Shown one piece after another: positions 5,815-6,928 of a stretch of 6,928 bases of DNA. The position numbers were made by a program, and so were the translations under genes. A model generated the notes under the pieces. The model did not search any database, was not told the origin of the DNA, and worked only from the letters and a program-made list of their open reading frames with translations. The stretch is from PVC group bacterium. GTDB lineage: Bacteria > GCA-001730085 > JADFSZ01. The stretch lies in NCBI GenBank assembly GCA_022560555.1, contig JADFSZ010000093.1, positions 1 through 6,928 on the forward strand, written 5' to 3'. How positions within the stretch are numbered: the first letter of the stretch is position 1; every line of letters starts with the position of its first letter.

Positions 5815-6750
5815 ATGATGAGCTTCTCCCCCAAGCCACTTAAAACACTTTGTCTCGCTTTCTGCCTTTTGCTTCTCTTTCGGGGACTTGGGAACGCTGA
5901 AACAACGTATGACGCACACATACAAAACGGCATAAATCACGCTAAAAACCAAGACATGAAATCCGCACGCAAGGCCTTTTTGAAAGCTGCCAAAGACGCT
6001 AAGTCCAAAAAAGACTGGAGAAACCTTCTGGATGCCGGCTACAGCCTTTTGTCCCTTGGTGAAGTCTCTTTAGCCAAAGACACATTTACCGACTGTCAAT
6101 CCATTGTAAGTGAACACTCGGAATGGCAGAGTTCTTTAGCGCTAGGATTCGCCTTTATGTCCGTCCGTGATTCTAAAAGGGCCGAACGCTATTTCTTAGA
6201 ATCCAAAAACAAATCACTCAAAAATGAAGATGTCTACGGTCTTATCGAAAGCGCTAAAGCACTGTTCTCAATATCCGTTGAGCCTCAAGCTTCGGAGGCA
6301 CTTGAAAAAGCACAAATTCTATCTCAAAACACAAAAAATATTGACGCTCTTGAAGAAATTTGCCAATTGCTTCATCAAAACAAGGATATTCTCCCTTATG
6401 ACGAATGCCGGCGCAAGATAACGCAATTACGTGAAGAAATTTCGAATCTCCCCAAACCACCTCGGGGCTGGGAAGCTTGGGGCGAAACAATTGCAAGCCC
6501 GCCGCCCATTCCGTTAGAAACTCAAAAAGCCAGTCGTGAAATAGCCGATCGTATCCTATCCGAAAAATACCGGTGGATAGCCGACATGAAACGTGAATCC
6601 CTTCGCAAAAAAGAACAAGCTGTTAAATACGCCTCCTACTATACTCCCTATCGACCGAGTATATACCCCTCCGCGCTCAGTACACATCTCGCCTGGGACT
6701 TTCTGAGAACGTATTACACCCTTCACGGATTGCATCACTATATTCACTAA
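5815..6750 (+). CDS. Hypothetical exported protein with TPR-like helical repeats, a Pro-rich linker and an aromatic/His-rich C-terminus
   Basis: 311-aa ORF. The N-terminus MMSFSPKPLKTLCLAFCLLLLFRGLGNA|ETTY looks like a type I signal peptide, with basic residues, a hydrophobic core and a small-x-small GNA site. There is no good lipobox. Residues ~45-190 show repeated amphipathic helix pairs, such as SARKAFLKAAKDA / WRNLLDAGYSLLSLGE and SSLALGFAFMSVRD / SKRAERYFLESKN. These are followed by PKPPRGWEAWGETIASPPPIP and a Tyr/His-rich tail, YYTPYRPSIYPS...YYTLHGLHHYIH. A weak AAAGG lies 7 nt upstream of the ATG. No family recognised. Confidence 0.8.
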   Translation: MMSFSPKPLKTLCLAFCLLLLFRGLGNAETTYDAHIQNGINHAKNQDMKSARKAFLKAAKDAKSKKDWRNLLDAGYSLLSLGEVSLAKDTFTDCQSIVSEHSEWQSSLALGFAFMSVRDSKRAERYFLESKNKSLKNEDVYGLIESAKALFSISVEPQASEALEKAQILSQNTKNIDALEEICQLLHQNKDILPYDECRRKITQLREEISNLPKPPRGWEAWGETIASPPPIPLETQKASREIADRILSEKYRWIADMKRESLRKKEQAVKYASYYTPYRPSIYPSALSTHLAWDFLRTYYTLHGLHHYIH

Positions 6751-6876
6751 TCTTTTTAAGAGGAAAAGAGGTTCCTCCCGAATTTGTTGCCCAATAAGGC
6801 CAGATTCCTCATAACCTTCGGTTCTGAAAAATCTGCCACAAGCTTTCAGGGTTGCCAATTCAGGAGGAACTCGTGC

Positions 6877-6928
6877 ATGGTTTCAACATGGGTCTGGAGC
6901 CTGATAAGCCTGTGCATAATTTTAGAAG
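6877..6928 (+). CDS. Possible 5' end of a CDS running off the right edge
   Basis: A strong AGGAGG lies at 6862-6867. It is followed by GTG (6873, 5-nt spacing, giving MHGFNMGLEPDKPVHNFR...) and ATG (6877, 9-nt spacing, giving the hydrophobic MVSTWVWSLISLCIILE...). With only ~17 codons visible, neither frame nor start can be resolved. A minus-strand reading ending at TGA 6846-6848 is also open. Confidence 0.3.
   Translation, partial: MVSTWVWSLISLCIILE

Noticed and set aside
6224-6496. ORFs 6224-6421+ and 6254-6496- inside the secreted-protein gene
   Set aside because: They are out of frame or antisense within the longer ORF, which carries a signal peptide. No independent support.
6760-6777. 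Hairpin GAGGAA-aagagg-TTCCTC 10 nt after the secreted-protein stop, as a terminator
   Set aside because: The stem is 6 bp and the sequence that follows (ccgaatttgttgc) is not a proper U-tract. It is too weak to call, so the real terminator, if any, is unresolved.
6556-6858. 100-aa minus-strand ORF overlapping the 3' end of the secreted-protein gene
   Set aside because: It starts at TTG immediately after an in-frame TGA and has no SD. About 195 nt of it overlaps the better-supported plus-strand CDS antisense, and the translation has no recognisable features.
1-6928. Scan for CRISPR repeats, tRNA/rRNA, IS elements or terminal inverted repeats, integrase or att sites, toxin-antitoxin pairs and compositional islands
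   Set aside because: By eye I found no periodic direct repeats, no cloverleaf-like or rRNA-like segments, no transposase or integrase-like ORFs and no abrupt composition shift. The region reads as core chromosome.

Overview
This looks like a bacterial chromosomal segment of mostly housekeeping genes. I see no CRISPR array, tRNA or rRNA, transposase, integrase, terminal inverted repeats or obvious defence or toxin genes. There are five well-supported CDSs. On the minus strand, bioF (3458-4675), maf (2880-3461) and uvrA (198-2861) form one tightly packed unit. bioF and maf share an ATGA stop/start overlap, and maf and uvrA are 18 nt apart. Upstream of this unit is an apparently monocistronic MCE/MlaD-domain gene (4743-5672), separated from it by an intrinsic-terminator-like hairpin. 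On the plus strand, a 311-aa signal-peptide protein with TPR-like helical repeats and no recognisable family (5815-6750) is transcribed divergently from the MCE gene. The two share a compact back-to-back promoter region. Both window edges may carry CDS fragments, with low confidence. I do not see a clear-cut new multi-gene system. The best candidates for novelty are: (1) a UvrA that keeps the UvrB-binding domain and all ATPase and zinc motifs but has lost most of the insertion domain; (2) an orphan MCE protein with no MlaE/MlaF partners, a ~160-aa helical C-terminal extension, a polybasic tail and a near-leaderless start; (3) a terminator whose U-tract runs directly into the bioF ATG; (4) a GATC-containing palindrome centred between the two divergent -35 boxes. 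All reference-protein comparisons are made from memory and need a real alignment.
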